From an uncultured Eubacteriales bacterium (lineage in GTDB: Bacteria > Bacillota > Clostridia > Christensenellales > Aristaeellaceae): 64,000 bases of DNA. Where the stretch lies: positions 14,589 to 78,588 of the forward strand of contig URJB01000005.1 in assembly GCA_900548145.1 (NCBI GenBank), in the 5' to 3' direction. A model generated the notes under the pieces. It worked only from the letters and a program-made list of their open reading frames with translations, was not told the DNA's origin and did not search any database. A program made the position numbers and the translations under genes. The first letter of the stretch is position 1, and each line of letters begins with the position of its first letter. Shown here piece by piece: positions 9,179 through 19,700 of this stretch.

Positions 9179-10533
9179 CTCAGGACTTGAAAAAGAAACG
9201 CCGTGCCAGAAAAAAAATTCCCCTGCCGCTGGCCCTTGCAGCGGCTCTGGTACTGGTGAGCTTGTCGTTGTTTTTCCTGCTTCGGGAGGAGCCTCAGGCC
9301 AGTGATAACGTTTCTGCCGTTCATCGGCTTTCGGAGTGGACAGGCGCCCGTCTTACGGAAGTCTGCCTTCCCGGAGACGGAAATTCCTTTACCGTACTGG
9401 CTCGGGCGGACGGAGGCTATGCTGTCCGGGAAAATAGCAGTCTGGTCATCAGTCAGGAGAAGGGCAACGATCTCTTTTCCCGACTGACCGCGCTGCAGCT
9501 GACTCCCTTGGCGTCCTCTCTGGACGAGACCGCTCTCGGGTTCGATTGTATAAACGAAACCGTTCTTGTCACCGGTTCTGCCGGAAAAGCCAAGCTCCGT
9601 CTGGGAACGCTGCTGCCTTCCGGCACAGGTCGCTATGTTCAGTTGGATGGCCAAACCTATACTGCGCCTCTTTTCCTGTCGGGCATTCCTTCTCTGCAGG
9701 AACTCCATGCCATTCCGACTCTCTATACCACCGGGGATATGCCGGACGATTTTTTGATTGTTCATGAAGACGGTTCCCGTTTGGCAGGCGGCGTGAAGAA
9801 CGATCGCAGCGTAGGCGTCACCTCTCTAGCACTGACGGAGCCTTTTTCCTGGGAAATGGATATTGAACAGGCCGCCGGTTTCATCAACGCATTATCCGCC
9901 ATCGAGATCACCGGCTGGTACGCGCCGGCAACGGCGGAAAACCTTCAGAAATTTGGATTTGACCATTCCCTTCGTCTGGAAGTCACCTACGGTGAAACGT
10001 CCTGGGCGCTGCTGTTCGGCGCAAGCGCTGAAAACGGAGAACGCTACCTCTTTATGGAAGGGGACGAAAGCATCTTTACCGTCAACGAAGAAACGATTCG
10101 TTTTTTCGAAGAGGTAGAGGCATCCACCTTAATGAATCGTTTTGCCGGTCTCGTTTCCCTTTCCGCCATCACTCATGCCGCCATTCAGTGGGCGGATGGC
10201 AGTCTGGTGCTGGATCGATTGGAGCAGGGAGACCATACGCTTTATTCCGTAAACGGCCATCCATGGGATGAAACTTCCTTTAAGGAATTTTATCAGACCC
10301 TCCTTACGCCGAAAATCGATCGAATCCTGGAAGCGGAGACTTCTGCGGAAGGGCTTGAAAGGCGGTTGGAACTGGTCTACACCATCGTCGATGGAACGGA
10401 AGAAAGCGTCGTATACTGGCAGTACAATCGCGACTTCGATCTGTTAGAGCGAAATGGCGTTTGCCGTTTTCTCGTGAACCGGGAAAGAGTTGATCAGGTG
10501 ATCGCTGTGCTGAAAGAAGCAGCAGGCAAATAG
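9175..10533 (+). CDS. DUF4340-like membrane-anchored protein (fourth gene of the GldA/F/G-type module)
   Basis: Basic N-terminus plus one TM (PLPLALAAALVLVSLSLFFLL). ATGA overlap with the preceding gene. Position after GldG matches the usual DUF4340 context (recalled, not searched). Confidence 0.6.
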   Translation: MTQDLKKKRRARKKIPLPLALAAALVLVSLSLFFLLREEPQASDNVSAVHRLSEWTGARLTEVCLPGDGNSFTVLARADGGYAVRENSSLVISQEKGNDLFSRLTALQLTPLASSLDETALGFDCINETVLVTGSAGKAKLRLGTLLPSGTGRYVQLDGQTYTAPLFLSGIPSLQELHAIPTLYTTGDMPDDFLIVHEDGSRLAGGVKNDRSVGVTSLALTEPFSWEMDIEQAAGFINALSAIEITGWYAPATAENLQKFGFDHSLRLEVTYGETSWALLFGASAENGERYLFMEGDESIFTVNEETIRFFEEVEASTLMNRFAGLVSLSAITHAAIQWADGSLVLDRLEQGDHTLYSVNGHPWDETSFKEFYQTLLTPKIDRILEAETSAEGLERRLELVYTIVDGTEESVVYWQYNRDFDLLERNGVCRFLVNRERVDQVIAVLKEAAGK

Positions 10534-10544
10534 GAGGGAGCAAA

Positions 10545-12860
10545 TTGGGGACTTCGGGTCAGTCGAAACGTCTGTTTCTGGTTTTTTTCATATCCTACCT
10601 TATCATTTCGTTGATTCCCATGGGGCTGCTGGGCTACACCTGGTCAAAAACAGATCGGATGGTCGTCCAGCAGACGCAAGAGGCGGGCGATGCATTGGCC
10701 GAACAGATTCAAAGCATTATGGACGAACGGCTGAATGAAGTAGAAATGATGTCCAATCAGATCTACATGAACCAGAACGCCCAGCTGATGATGTATTCTT
10801 CCGCCGGTTTCGGCGGCGACAATACGCTTCGAGCCCTGAAATTGATCAAGGACATGAGCGCGTACGTAAACATGTCCGACTTTGTTCACTCGGCCTTTGT
10901 TTATTTTTCCGGCATGGACCTTCTGATGTCCGATACCTCCACCGCCAAACCTCGCCTGTTCTATCAAGTAAATTTGGAACCTTTTCTTTCCTGGGAGGCT
11001 TTCAACGAGCTGCTGACTGCCAACTATAACAGTCCATCCTCTTCCTCCCCCCACCAGATCGTGACCAAATCAGATGAGAAGCAATATCATCTTTTTTGGT
11101 ATTCCATGCCCACCGGGCGCAATGGCCGGGTACTTGGAAACATTTGTGTTGTCGTAGAAAGCGAAAAATTTAACGTCATTTTCAGCGGCATTGAGGATAG
11201 TTATGACGGCATGGCCTATATGTTGGGCGCTGACAACCAGCTCATTGCTGCATCCTCCTCCGCCGCGGACTGGCCTGCTGTTTCCACTCAGCTGAATAGT
11301 AGAAATATGCAGCGTATCACGATAGAACGACGGGAATACATCGTTCTGAATAAGGTTTCCTCCAAAAGTCAGAAAAATCTTGTCATTCTGCTTCCCAGCG
11401 AACGTGTCTACCAGCCGGTTTTCCACATTCGCCGAATTTTCTATCTGGCACTTGGCGCAGGCCTCTTTTTGATGATTGGTCTGGCGACTCTCTTCACGCT
11501 TCGGACCTACCGGCCCCTCCAACGCGTGGTTCAGCAGGTGGACGCGGAGACCGAAACGCATTTTTCCACGCGAATCGGCGCCCTAAACTACATCGAAACA
11601 GGTGTCCGCAATCTGTCTAATCAAAAGAAGCAATGGCAGGATCTTGCGCAGCGCTCCCAGCAGGTCATGCGGAACTCCTTTGTCAATCACCTGCTGAGCA
11701 ACGCCTATGATGGAGATTTGGAGCATTTTCTCCGCGATTGTCAATTGTACGGCGTATCGCTGAAGGAACAATGCTTTTGCGTTCTGACCGTCCATCTGGA
11801 CTCCAGCGAGCGCTTTGAAAACAACCTCCGGGATCGGGATAATGCCAGTGTCTGGTATATGATCTCCGACGTGGTGGAACGCCTGACGGACGAAGGCGAG
11901 CTGACCGTGACCGCGAATTATGAGCGAAACTGCCTGTGCGCTATTCTGAATTTTCCCCGTGAATCAGCTGGCGTAACGGAGCGCCTGTCCAAAGCGGCAA
12001 CGCAGCTGAAAGAATTGGCGGAGCGAGAATATCCGGCTATTGCGACCGTGGGGATCGGCAGTGTCGAAGAAAACTTCACAGGGATCCACACGTCTTATCT
12101 CAACGCACTTCGAGCATTGGAGTACCGTATGGTTCAGGGATTGAGCAGTATTATCAGCTACGGCGATCTTTCCGCAACGACCAACGAAAACGCCTACTAT
12201 GAATACACAGCGGAAGTGGAAAAGCGGTTGGAAAACAGCGTTCGCGCCGGCAACTACGACGAAACCGAAGCACTGATAACGGAGCTGTTCCAGAACAGCT
12301 TTGTGCAGCGTGCCACTTCCATGACTATGGTGCGCTGTCTGCTGTATGATCTGGTCAGCACGACTCTGCGCCTTCTGAACACAATGGATATTCCGATGGA
12401 TGATGTATTCGGCGACCGAGACCCCATCGTCTGGCTTGGCGGCTGTGAAACCGTCGATGAGGCATTGGAGCATTTCAAACAGGTTTATCGAAGAATCTGT
12501 GATTTTGTAGGTTCCAAAAAGCGCAGTCACAACGACCGTCTGCGACAGGAAATTGAAGAATTTATTCAGCAAAACTATGCGGATGAAAACCTGAGCCAGC
12601 AGATGATTGCGGATCAGTTTGGCAAATCTGCCAATTACCTTTCCTTCTTTTTCCGGGAACAAACAGGAGAAAAAATGTCCTCCTATATTTCCAACCTGCG
12701 CATCCAGAAGGCCATGGAGCTGCTGCGAGAAACCGACGATAGCGTCAAAGAAATTGCGGCCCAAACCGGCTTTGCCAGCGATCTAAGCTTTATCCGTGCC
12801 TTCAAAAAGCAGCAAAACGAAACACCGGGACAATATCGAAAAAATTATCGAGGCAACTGA
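10545..12860 (+). CDS. Membrane-anchored AraC-family one-component sensor/regulator
   Basis: TTG start 6 nt after aggaggga. TM1 LFLVFFISYLIISLIPMGLLGY, about 270-aa extracytoplasmic segment, TM2 IFYLALGAGLFLMIGLATLF. C-terminal double AraC HTH (LSQQMIADQFGKSANYLSFFFRE ... IAAQTGFASDLSFIRAFKK). Confidence 0.85.
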   Translation: MGTSGQSKRLFLVFFISYLIISLIPMGLLGYTWSKTDRMVVQQTQEAGDALAEQIQSIMDERLNEVEMMSNQIYMNQNAQLMMYSSAGFGGDNTLRALKLIKDMSAYVNMSDFVHSAFVYFSGMDLLMSDTSTAKPRLFYQVNLEPFLSWEAFNELLTANYNSPSSSSPHQIVTKSDEKQYHLFWYSMPTGRNGRVLGNICVVVESEKFNVIFSGIEDSYDGMAYMLGADNQLIAASSSAADWPAVSTQLNSRNMQRITIERREYIVLNKVSSKSQKNLVILLPSERVYQPVFHIRRIFYLALGAGLFLMIGLATLFTLRTYRPLQRVVQQVDAETETHFSTRIGALNYIETGVRNLSNQKKQWQDLAQRSQQVMRNSFVNHLLSNAYDGDLEHFLRDCQLYGVSLKEQCFCVLTVHLDSSERFENNLRDRDNASVWYMISDVVERLTDEGELTVTANYERNCLCAILNFPRESAGVTERLSKAATQLKELAEREYPAIATVGIGSVEENFTGIHTSYLNALRALEYRMVQGLSSIISYGDLSATTNENAYYEYTAEVEKRLENSVRAGNYDETEALITELFQNSFVQRATSMTMVRCLLYDLVSTTLRLLNTMDIPMDDVFGDRDPIVWLGGCETVDEALEHFKQVYRRICDFVGSKKRSHNDRLRQEIEEFIQQNYADENLSQQMIADQFGKSANYLSFFFREQTGEKMSSYISNLRIQKAMELLRETDDSVKEIAAQTGFASDLSFIRAFKKQQNETPGQYRKNYRGN

Positions 12861-12870
12861 GGCATTGAAT

Positions 12871-12902
12871 AAAAACAGGGGCAACCAGCGTCCCTGTTTT
12901 TA
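12871..12902 (+). terminator. Intrinsic terminator
   Basis: aaaaacagggg-caaccagcg-tccctgttttta. Confidence 0.75.
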
Positions 12903-13102
12903 TTCGATGTACATTATGGCTTAAAACGTTTATAAATCAACAAAAAAGATTTACGTAAAAAATGTATATTTTGGAAAAAAACAAAGAAAAAGTATATATA
13001 CAGAGTATTGGGAAGCCTTTATACTGACCGTGATATAGCAAAGCGGCCGCTTGCTAACAGCTACATCATTTCATCAAAAAGGAAAGGGAACGGGAGATCG
13101 TC

Positions 13103-14734
13103 ATGAAAAAAATCACTCGCCTGTTCGCTCTATGCCTGACCCTCGTGCTCGTCCTGAGCATGACTGCGGCAGCCACGGCGGAAAACATGGACAACCTCAC
13201 TGAAACCGGCACCTACCCAATCGTAAAGGACAAAATCACCCTGACTTACTGGGTTCCCCTGAACGAAAAGTACACTGCCACCATTACCAACTTCAACGAG
13301 CTGGAAATGAGCAAGGTGCTGGAAGACATCACCAACATCCACATTGAATACCAGCACCCCGTGGAAGAAGTTGCTTCCGAACAGTTCAACCTGATGGTCG
13401 CTTCCGGCAATCTGACGGACATCATCGAGCAGAACTGGATGGGTCGTCCCGGCGGACCTGAAAAGGCTCTGGAAGACGGCGTAATCATCGACATGACCGA
13501 CCTGATCGATCAGTACGCTCCTAACTATAAGAAGATTCTGGAAGAAACGCCGGAAGGCGCCCGTCAGGCCGCTACCAGCAGCGGACGGCAGTATATGATG
13601 ACTGGCTTCTACTATGGAGATGCCGTAGCGGCCAAAATCATGATTGGACCCCAGTACCGTCGCGACTGGCTCCGTCGGCTGAATCTGGAAGACCCGGTCA
13701 CCATCGAAGACTGGTACAACGTGTTGACCGCTGTGAAAAACAACGATGCCAACGGCAACGGCGATCCCAACGATGAGATTCCGCTGATTTCCAAGGGCGC
13801 TTCCATCAGCTGCGCCAACGACAACATCAACGTCCTGGCTTCCGGTTTCGGTGTGAACATGAAGTTCTATAACGATAACGGCACCGTGAAGTTCGGCCCC
13901 TATGAACCCGAATGGAAAGAGTACCTGCAGGAAATGAACAAATGGTACAGCGAAGGCCTGATCGACGTTGAATTTGCTACTACGGACAAGACCATGTTCG
14001 ACGCCAAAATTTTCGGCAACCAGGCTGGCTTCTGGTTCTGCGGTCTGATGGGTGACATGGGCCGTTTCGTGAAGTACTGCGACGAGGACGAACCCGACTG
14101 GGAAATCGCCGCTCTGGCTTATCCCGTGGACGTGAAGACCGGCAAGGCTTATAACTTCTGCGCCGGCCTGAACGACATCGTCTGCTCCAACGGTGCCAAT
14201 ATCACCACTAAGAACCAGAACCCCATCGCCACCACTCGCTGGTTCGACTATGCTTACACCGAGGAAGGCCATCGCCTGTACAACAACGGTATCGAAGGTC
14301 TGACCTACAATCTGGTGGACGGCAAAGTCGTGTTCACGGATCTGATCCTGAACAACCCAGACGGTCTGGACATTACCCGTGCGATCGCGCATTACTGCCG
14401 CGCCGCCGGCACCACCGGCGCTCATATGCCCGACCTGGCCGTGATGAACGCCCGCGCCAACCATCCCCTGCAGCGTGAAGCCCGCGACGTGGTCTGGGCC
14501 AAAGCTTCCACCGAGCGCACTCTGCCCTCTCTGGTCATCGACCCCGAATATAGCCAGGAGCAGAGCGAAATCCTGAACGAAGTCTACACCTACGTAGATG
14601 AAATGATCCTGAAGTTCATCACGGGTGCTGAGTCCTTCGATAACTACGACAACTATCTCAACACGCTCAAGTCCATGGAAATCGAGCGTGCAATCGAGAT
14701 CGAGCAGCTTGCCTACGATGCCTACATGAAATAA
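13103..14734 (+). CDS. Large extracellular solute-binding protein of a CUT1-type sugar ABC importer (LplA-like)
   Basis: 543 aa with signal peptide MKKITRLFALCLTLVLVLSMTAAATA. Followed by two LplB/LplC-type permeases. Codon usage suggests high expression. Confidence 0.9.
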   Translation: MKKITRLFALCLTLVLVLSMTAAATAENMDNLTETGTYPIVKDKITLTYWVPLNEKYTATITNFNELEMSKVLEDITNIHIEYQHPVEEVASEQFNLMVASGNLTDIIEQNWMGRPGGPEKALEDGVIIDMTDLIDQYAPNYKKILEETPEGARQAATSSGRQYMMTGFYYGDAVAAKIMIGPQYRRDWLRRLNLEDPVTIEDWYNVLTAVKNNDANGNGDPNDEIPLISKGASISCANDNINVLASGFGVNMKFYNDNGTVKFGPYEPEWKEYLQEMNKWYSEGLIDVEFATTDKTMFDAKIFGNQAGFWFCGLMGDMGRFVKYCDEDEPDWEIAALAYPVDVKTGKAYNFCAGLNDIVCSNGANITTKNQNPIATTRWFDYAYTEEGHRLYNNGIEGLTYNLVDGKVVFTDLILNNPDGLDITRAIAHYCRAAGTTGAHMPDLAVMNARANHPLQREARDVVWAKASTERTLPSLVIDPEYSQEQSEILNEVYTYVDEMILKFITGAESFDNYDNYLNTLKSMEIERAIEIEQLAYDAYMK

Positions 14735-14763
14735 GAGCTTTCCGCAGTGGCTCGTACAAGCGG

Positions 14764-14826
14764 GTGGAGCGCCGGCGCCTGTCGGCGCTCCACTTCCATC
14801 CGGGAGCCTTCCGCCGCAGGCGGAAG
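14764..14826 (+). promoter_or_regulatory. Two GC-rich stem-loops between the binding-protein and permease genes (no U-tail)
   Basis: gtggagcgccg-N8-cggcgctccac (perfect 11-bp stem) and cttccgcc-gca-ggcggaag. Confidence 0.5.
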
Positions 14827-14859
14827 CCACGCGCAAAGCTGATGAAAGGAGTTCCCGAC

Positions 14860-15804
14860 ATGATTTCCGCACAAAAAACGGTTTATCAGAAGAAGCCACT
14901 GGCGCGCCGTCTTCATGCTGATCTGAAAAAAAACGGATGCCTGTATCTGATGCTGATTCCCATCATTGCTTTTTTTCTGATTTTTCACTACTACCCCATG
15001 TACGGCGCTCAGATCGCCTTTCGAAATTTCCGCCCGGCCCTCGGCATTCAAGGAAGCCCCTGGATGGGTCTAAAGCACTTCATTTCTTTTTTTAACGGTC
15101 GTTATTTTTCCCGCGTGGTGGGCAATACGCTTTCCATCAGCCTGAAAAATCTGTTGTTTGGTTTTCCTGCGCCGATTCTGCTGGCGCTCATGATTAACGA
15201 GGTGCGCAACAATACCTATAAACGCTGCGTACAGACCATTTCCTATCTGCCTCATTTTGTTTCTCAAGTGGTTATGTGCGGCCTTTTGTTTGAATTTTGC
15301 AGCTACACGGGCCTTTTCAACGATGTTCGCGCACTGTTTGGTCTGGAACCGATTCTCTTTCTTCAGCAGCCGGAGATGTTCCAAACGATCTACGTTGCCA
15401 GTGATATCTGGCAGGGAGTAGGTTGGGGGTCCATCATCTATCTATCTGCCCTGACCTCCATTGATCAGGAACAGTACGAATCCGCCAAACTGGACGGTGC
15501 CGGGCGGCTCAAGCAGATCTGGTACATTACCCTGCCGAATCTGCTGCCGACCATTATGATCATGCTGATCCTGCGAATCGGTCAGATGATGAACATCGGC
15601 TCGGAAAAAGTCCTGCTGTTGTATAACCCGCTCACCTATGAAAAGGCGGATGTTATTTCGACCTTTGTTTACCGCAAGGGTATTCTGGAAGCCAGCTATT
15701 CCTTTAGTGCGGCGGTAGGCCTGTTTAATTCCGTTATCAATTTCCTGCTGCTGGTTACGGTGAATTTCATTTCACGCAAAACCACGGAAAGCAGTCTATG
15801 GTAA
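14860..15804 (+). CDS. Sugar ABC transporter permease (LplB-like)
   Basis: Multi-TM MalF/BPD family. ATG 8 nt after aaaggag; track ORF start 14764 lies inside the hairpin region. Confidence 0.88.
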   Translation: MISAQKTVYQKKPLARRLHADLKKNGCLYLMLIPIIAFFLIFHYYPMYGAQIAFRNFRPALGIQGSPWMGLKHFISFFNGRYFSRVVGNTLSISLKNLLFGFPAPILLALMINEVRNNTYKRCVQTISYLPHFVSQVVMCGLLFEFCSYTGLFNDVRALFGLEPILFLQQPEMFQTIYVASDIWQGVGWGSIIYLSALTSIDQEQYESAKLDGAGRLKQIWYITLPNLLPTIMIMLILRIGQMMNIGSEKVLLLYNPLTYEKADVISTFVYRKGILEASYSFSAAVGLFNSVINFLLLVTVNFISRKTTESSLW

Positions 15805-15816
15805 GGAGGGAGAAGC

Positions 15817-16698
15817 GTGAAAATTCAAAGAACGGCAGAAGAACGAGTTTTTGAATATATCAACGGTTTTCTTCTGTTTCTGGTAATGTTTGTCTGTCTG
15901 TATCCGATGATTCATATCATCGCGGCCTCCTTTTCGGATGCGACGCGGATTGTTTCCCACCGTGGCTTGCTTTTCTGGCCGGTCGGCTATTCCGTGGAAG
16001 CCTATTCTCTGGTTTTTGCCAACCGCTGGATCACCTCCGGGTATCTGAACACGATGTTTTATGTTCTTGTGGGCACTACGCTGAACGTCGTGCTGACGGT
16101 GGTGGCCGCTTATGCCCTTTCCCGGGAAGGGAACCGCATTCGGAACATCGTAATGCTCATGATTACCTTCACCATGTATTTTAACGGCGGTTTGGTTCCC
16201 ACCTACATGCTCATCAACAACCTGGGACTGGCCAACACCCGCTGGGTACTAATTATCCCCGGTGCGGTCTCCGCGTACAACCTGATCGTCGCGCGCACCT
16301 TCTTCGCAGGGATTCCCGTAGCTCTGGAAGAATCTGCGAAAATCGACGGTGCCAACGACTTCCAGGTGCTCTGGAAAATCTACGCGCCGCTGGCCAAGCC
16401 CATCATCGCCGTACTGACGTTGTTCTATGGTGTCGGTCACTGGAATGCGTGGTTCAACGCTTCTCTGTACATTCAGGATCGTTCTCTTCTGCCCCTGCAG
16501 GTGTTTCTGCGGGAAATTCTGATTCAGAATTCCACGCAGAATATGACCACCAGCATTGACAGCGTTGACAAAATGATGGTGGGCGAAACAGTCAAGTATG
16601 CGACAATCGTCGTCGCTACCGTCCCCATTCTGATTTTGTACCCCTTCCTGCAGAAATATTTTGTCAAGGGAGTCATGATTGGCTCCATCAAAGGATAA
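15817..16698 (+). CDS. Sugar ABC transporter permease (LplC-like)
   Basis: GTG start after ggaggga. EAA-loop-like block ESAKIDGANDFQVLWKIYAPLAKP. Confidence 0.88.
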   Translation: MKIQRTAEERVFEYINGFLLFLVMFVCLYPMIHIIAASFSDATRIVSHRGLLFWPVGYSVEAYSLVFANRWITSGYLNTMFYVLVGTTLNVVLTVVAAYALSREGNRIRNIVMLMITFTMYFNGGLVPTYMLINNLGLANTRWVLIIPGAVSAYNLIVARTFFAGIPVALEESAKIDGANDFQVLWKIYAPLAKPIIAVLTLFYGVGHWNAWFNASLYIQDRSLLPLQVFLREILIQNSTQNMTTSIDSVDKMMVGETVKYATIVVATVPILILYPFLQKYFVKGVMIGSIKG

Positions 16699-16710
16699 GG
16701 AGGATTGCTT

Positions 16711-19700
16711 ATGCGGCTGAATCAAATCACGTCCTACGAGCTTCAAAACCGGGAGCTTCGGCTGCACTTTGGAAACGAAGCTGTCTGCGGACTTTCTATG
16801 ACGGCGGAAGATGTGCTTCGCCTGCGCTTTAACGAGGGATTGGAACTTCAGGAGGACCCGGACCGCATGGTCGTAGAACAGGTGCCGGAGCTTCTGGAAC
16901 TGCAGCTGATTCCTGAAAAGGCATGTCTGCGTTTCCGCACCTCCAAGGTGGAGGTGTTGGTAGAAGAAAAGCCTGCCCGAATCAGCGCATATCAGTTGGA
17001 CGGACGACTTGTTTTTTCCACTAAGCCCTGCGCCATGGGCGAAGTCGAAAAGGAGCGTTCCGTCCTGCGCGTGGCTCTGGATCGAAACGAGGGAATCTGG
17101 GGCTTGGGACAGGATCCCATGGGGAACGTTCAGCGCAATGGTCATGAACGCCGGATGTGGAACGAATGGGGCGGCCTGCACGTCTGTGCCAACGCGGCTC
17201 TGCCTTTCTATCTTTCCAGTCATGGTTATGGTCTGCTTTTGAATAGCGGATGGCCCAGCCGTTTTGCGATAGGCGAAGCCAAGGTATCCGATCCGCCGCC
17301 CGCTCACAGCATTGAGCGTTCGAAGGGGCCCTGGGATTGGAACGTTTCTTCCGGTGAGGAAGACCCGGATGATATGAGCCTGATTCTGGAAAACGGCCGC
17401 ATGGACGTATTTGTGGTGCTGCGCTCCGGCGATGAGGCCATTCGCGGCTATGGCGAGCTGACCGGCGCTGCGCCCCTCCCCCCAAAGTGGGCCTTCGGCT
17501 ATTTTCAGAGCAAAAACCGTTACCGTACCGATGAAGAGTTCCTGACGCTGGGAAAAACCTACCGGGAAAAGAAGATCCCCTGCGACGTGCTGGTGCTGGA
17601 CTGGCTGTGGTTCCATCAGTTCGGCGATATGGAATGGGACAAGGAATACTGGAAGGATCCCGAAGGAATGCTTCGCAAGCTGCATGAAATGAACTTCCAT
17701 GTCATGCAGGCGTACCATCCCTTCATTTACGAAGACTGCCTGAAGGTGCAAAAGTTCCGGGAAAAGGGCTACCTGATGGGCACCCCCGCCAACACGCTGC
17801 CGATTTTTGACCATTCGAACCCCGAGGCTCGGGAAGCATGGTGGCAGGAGACCAAACGGTTTGTCGATCAGGGCATCGACGCTTATTGGATCGACATGGG
17901 CGAACCCCGAGATCATCCGCAGGGAACCACCTGCCATCTGGGCAGTCGGGAGCACGTGCATAACCTTTATTCCTCCTTCTGGGCCAAGAGCATCTATGAC
18001 GGTCATGTACGGGATCTTAAGACCCGTCCGTTCCTTTTGTCCCGCACTTCCTATGCAGGCATTCAGCGTTACGGCGCGGCCCTGTGGAGCAATGACATCG
18101 ACTCTTCCTGGGAAGTGCTCCGGGATCAGGTGCCGGTAGGCATCGGCGTTTGCGCATCCGGTCTTCCCTACTGGTGCACCGACATCGGCGGTTTTGCCAC
18201 GGATGAACGTTTCAGCCCGGAGCTCTTTGTCCGGTGGCTGCAATGGGGCGTTTTCTGCCCGCTGATGCGTACCCACGGTACCCGTGCGGAAAATGAGGCC
18301 TGGTCTTACGGGAGTGAAGCAGGACCTATCATCCGGAAGTATATCGAACTGCGTTACCGTCTGCTGCCCTACATCTACTCCTGTGCCAGAGAAGTTTATG
18401 AAACCTCTAAACCAATGCTGCGCGGACTGTTCCTGGACTACCCAAACGATGAGAAGGTTTACGATCTGAAGGACGAATATCTCTTTGGGCCTTCGCTGCT
18501 GATTGCTCCGATTCTGAACCGTGACCAGCGTTCCAGACAGGTGTACCTGCCTGAAGGCGAATGGTTCGATTTCTGGACGAATGAAAAAATTTCCGGCGGG
18601 CGAACCATTACTGCGCAGGCTTCCCTCTCCCACATTCCTGTTTACGTTAAGGCTGGCAGCCTGCTGCCGCTGGCGGACTGCGCCCAGTTTGTGGGGGACA
18701 AGCCGGAAAGTCGCATCACCGTGCGTACCTATGGAGACCATGGGCAGTTCGTTCTGTATAACGACGCCGGAGAGGGCCGGGGCTATCAGAAGGACGAATA
18801 TGTCAAAACGCTGCTTAGCTGGGAGAATGGACAGCTGACGGCTCAGGTGATCGAGGGTATGGAAAGCATGCTTCCTTCCGACCGTACCTATCAGGTAGAG
18901 TGCTGCGGTGAAGACGGTGCAGTCGCGGAATGGCTCCATTTCGATTGGGATCAGACCACCGACCGCACGACCCGCATCCATATCACCGGCGATACTAAGC
19001 TGGAACAGACGATCCTCCAATACGAAATCACGCTGCCGGAAGGCATGAAGCTGACCCATGCGCCCTGCTATTTCCGCAAAACGCCCCTGAACAAGGGAGA
19101 AAAGACCATGCGTGGGCTGGTAGATTTCCAGTTTGATATCCAGCCGGAGCGTATCAGCCAACCCGTCATTTTCCCGGTTCGTATCCAGCTTCATATTCAG
19201 CGTAACGGTCAGGAGACGGAATGCCAGCGCACGCTCCTGTGCGGCTATGGCTATGTAAACGACCTGCAGATCCTTGGATTCTTTGAGCCGAACGATCCCG
19301 CAGACGCAGTTGTGATGGCTCGGGTAGAAAGCGGAGAGCTCCCCTATTCCTACCTCATCGGCGAATCCAGCCATCAATCCATGGAACGGAAAACCATCGA
19401 TGACGGCGAGTTGAGCAATGGCGGTGCCGGCACGGACGAAGCTGCGCGGAAAGTTTTCTGGAAGCACTGTGTAAACGCCACCTGCTTTGGTTATCAGGAT
19501 ATGCGTGCGTTTGCCTCCAAGCGGATGAAGAACGGCCGTGGAACCGGCTATGCCAGCTTTACGGCCATCAGCCCGGACGAACGGGAGTGTTCCTTCGAGT
19601 TCTCGGCAGACCGCACGTTCGCTCTGTGGGTGAACGGCGAGCTGGCCTATGAGAAAGACGGAATGCAGCTCAAGCAGGTTCCCGAAACCAAGCTTCGCCT

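Noticed and set aside
13130-14899. 589-aa ORF on the minus strand
   Set aside because: Antisense to the solute-binding-protein gene, which has a signal peptide, an RBS and strong codon bias. The minus frame is Val/Gly/His/Asp-rich filler.
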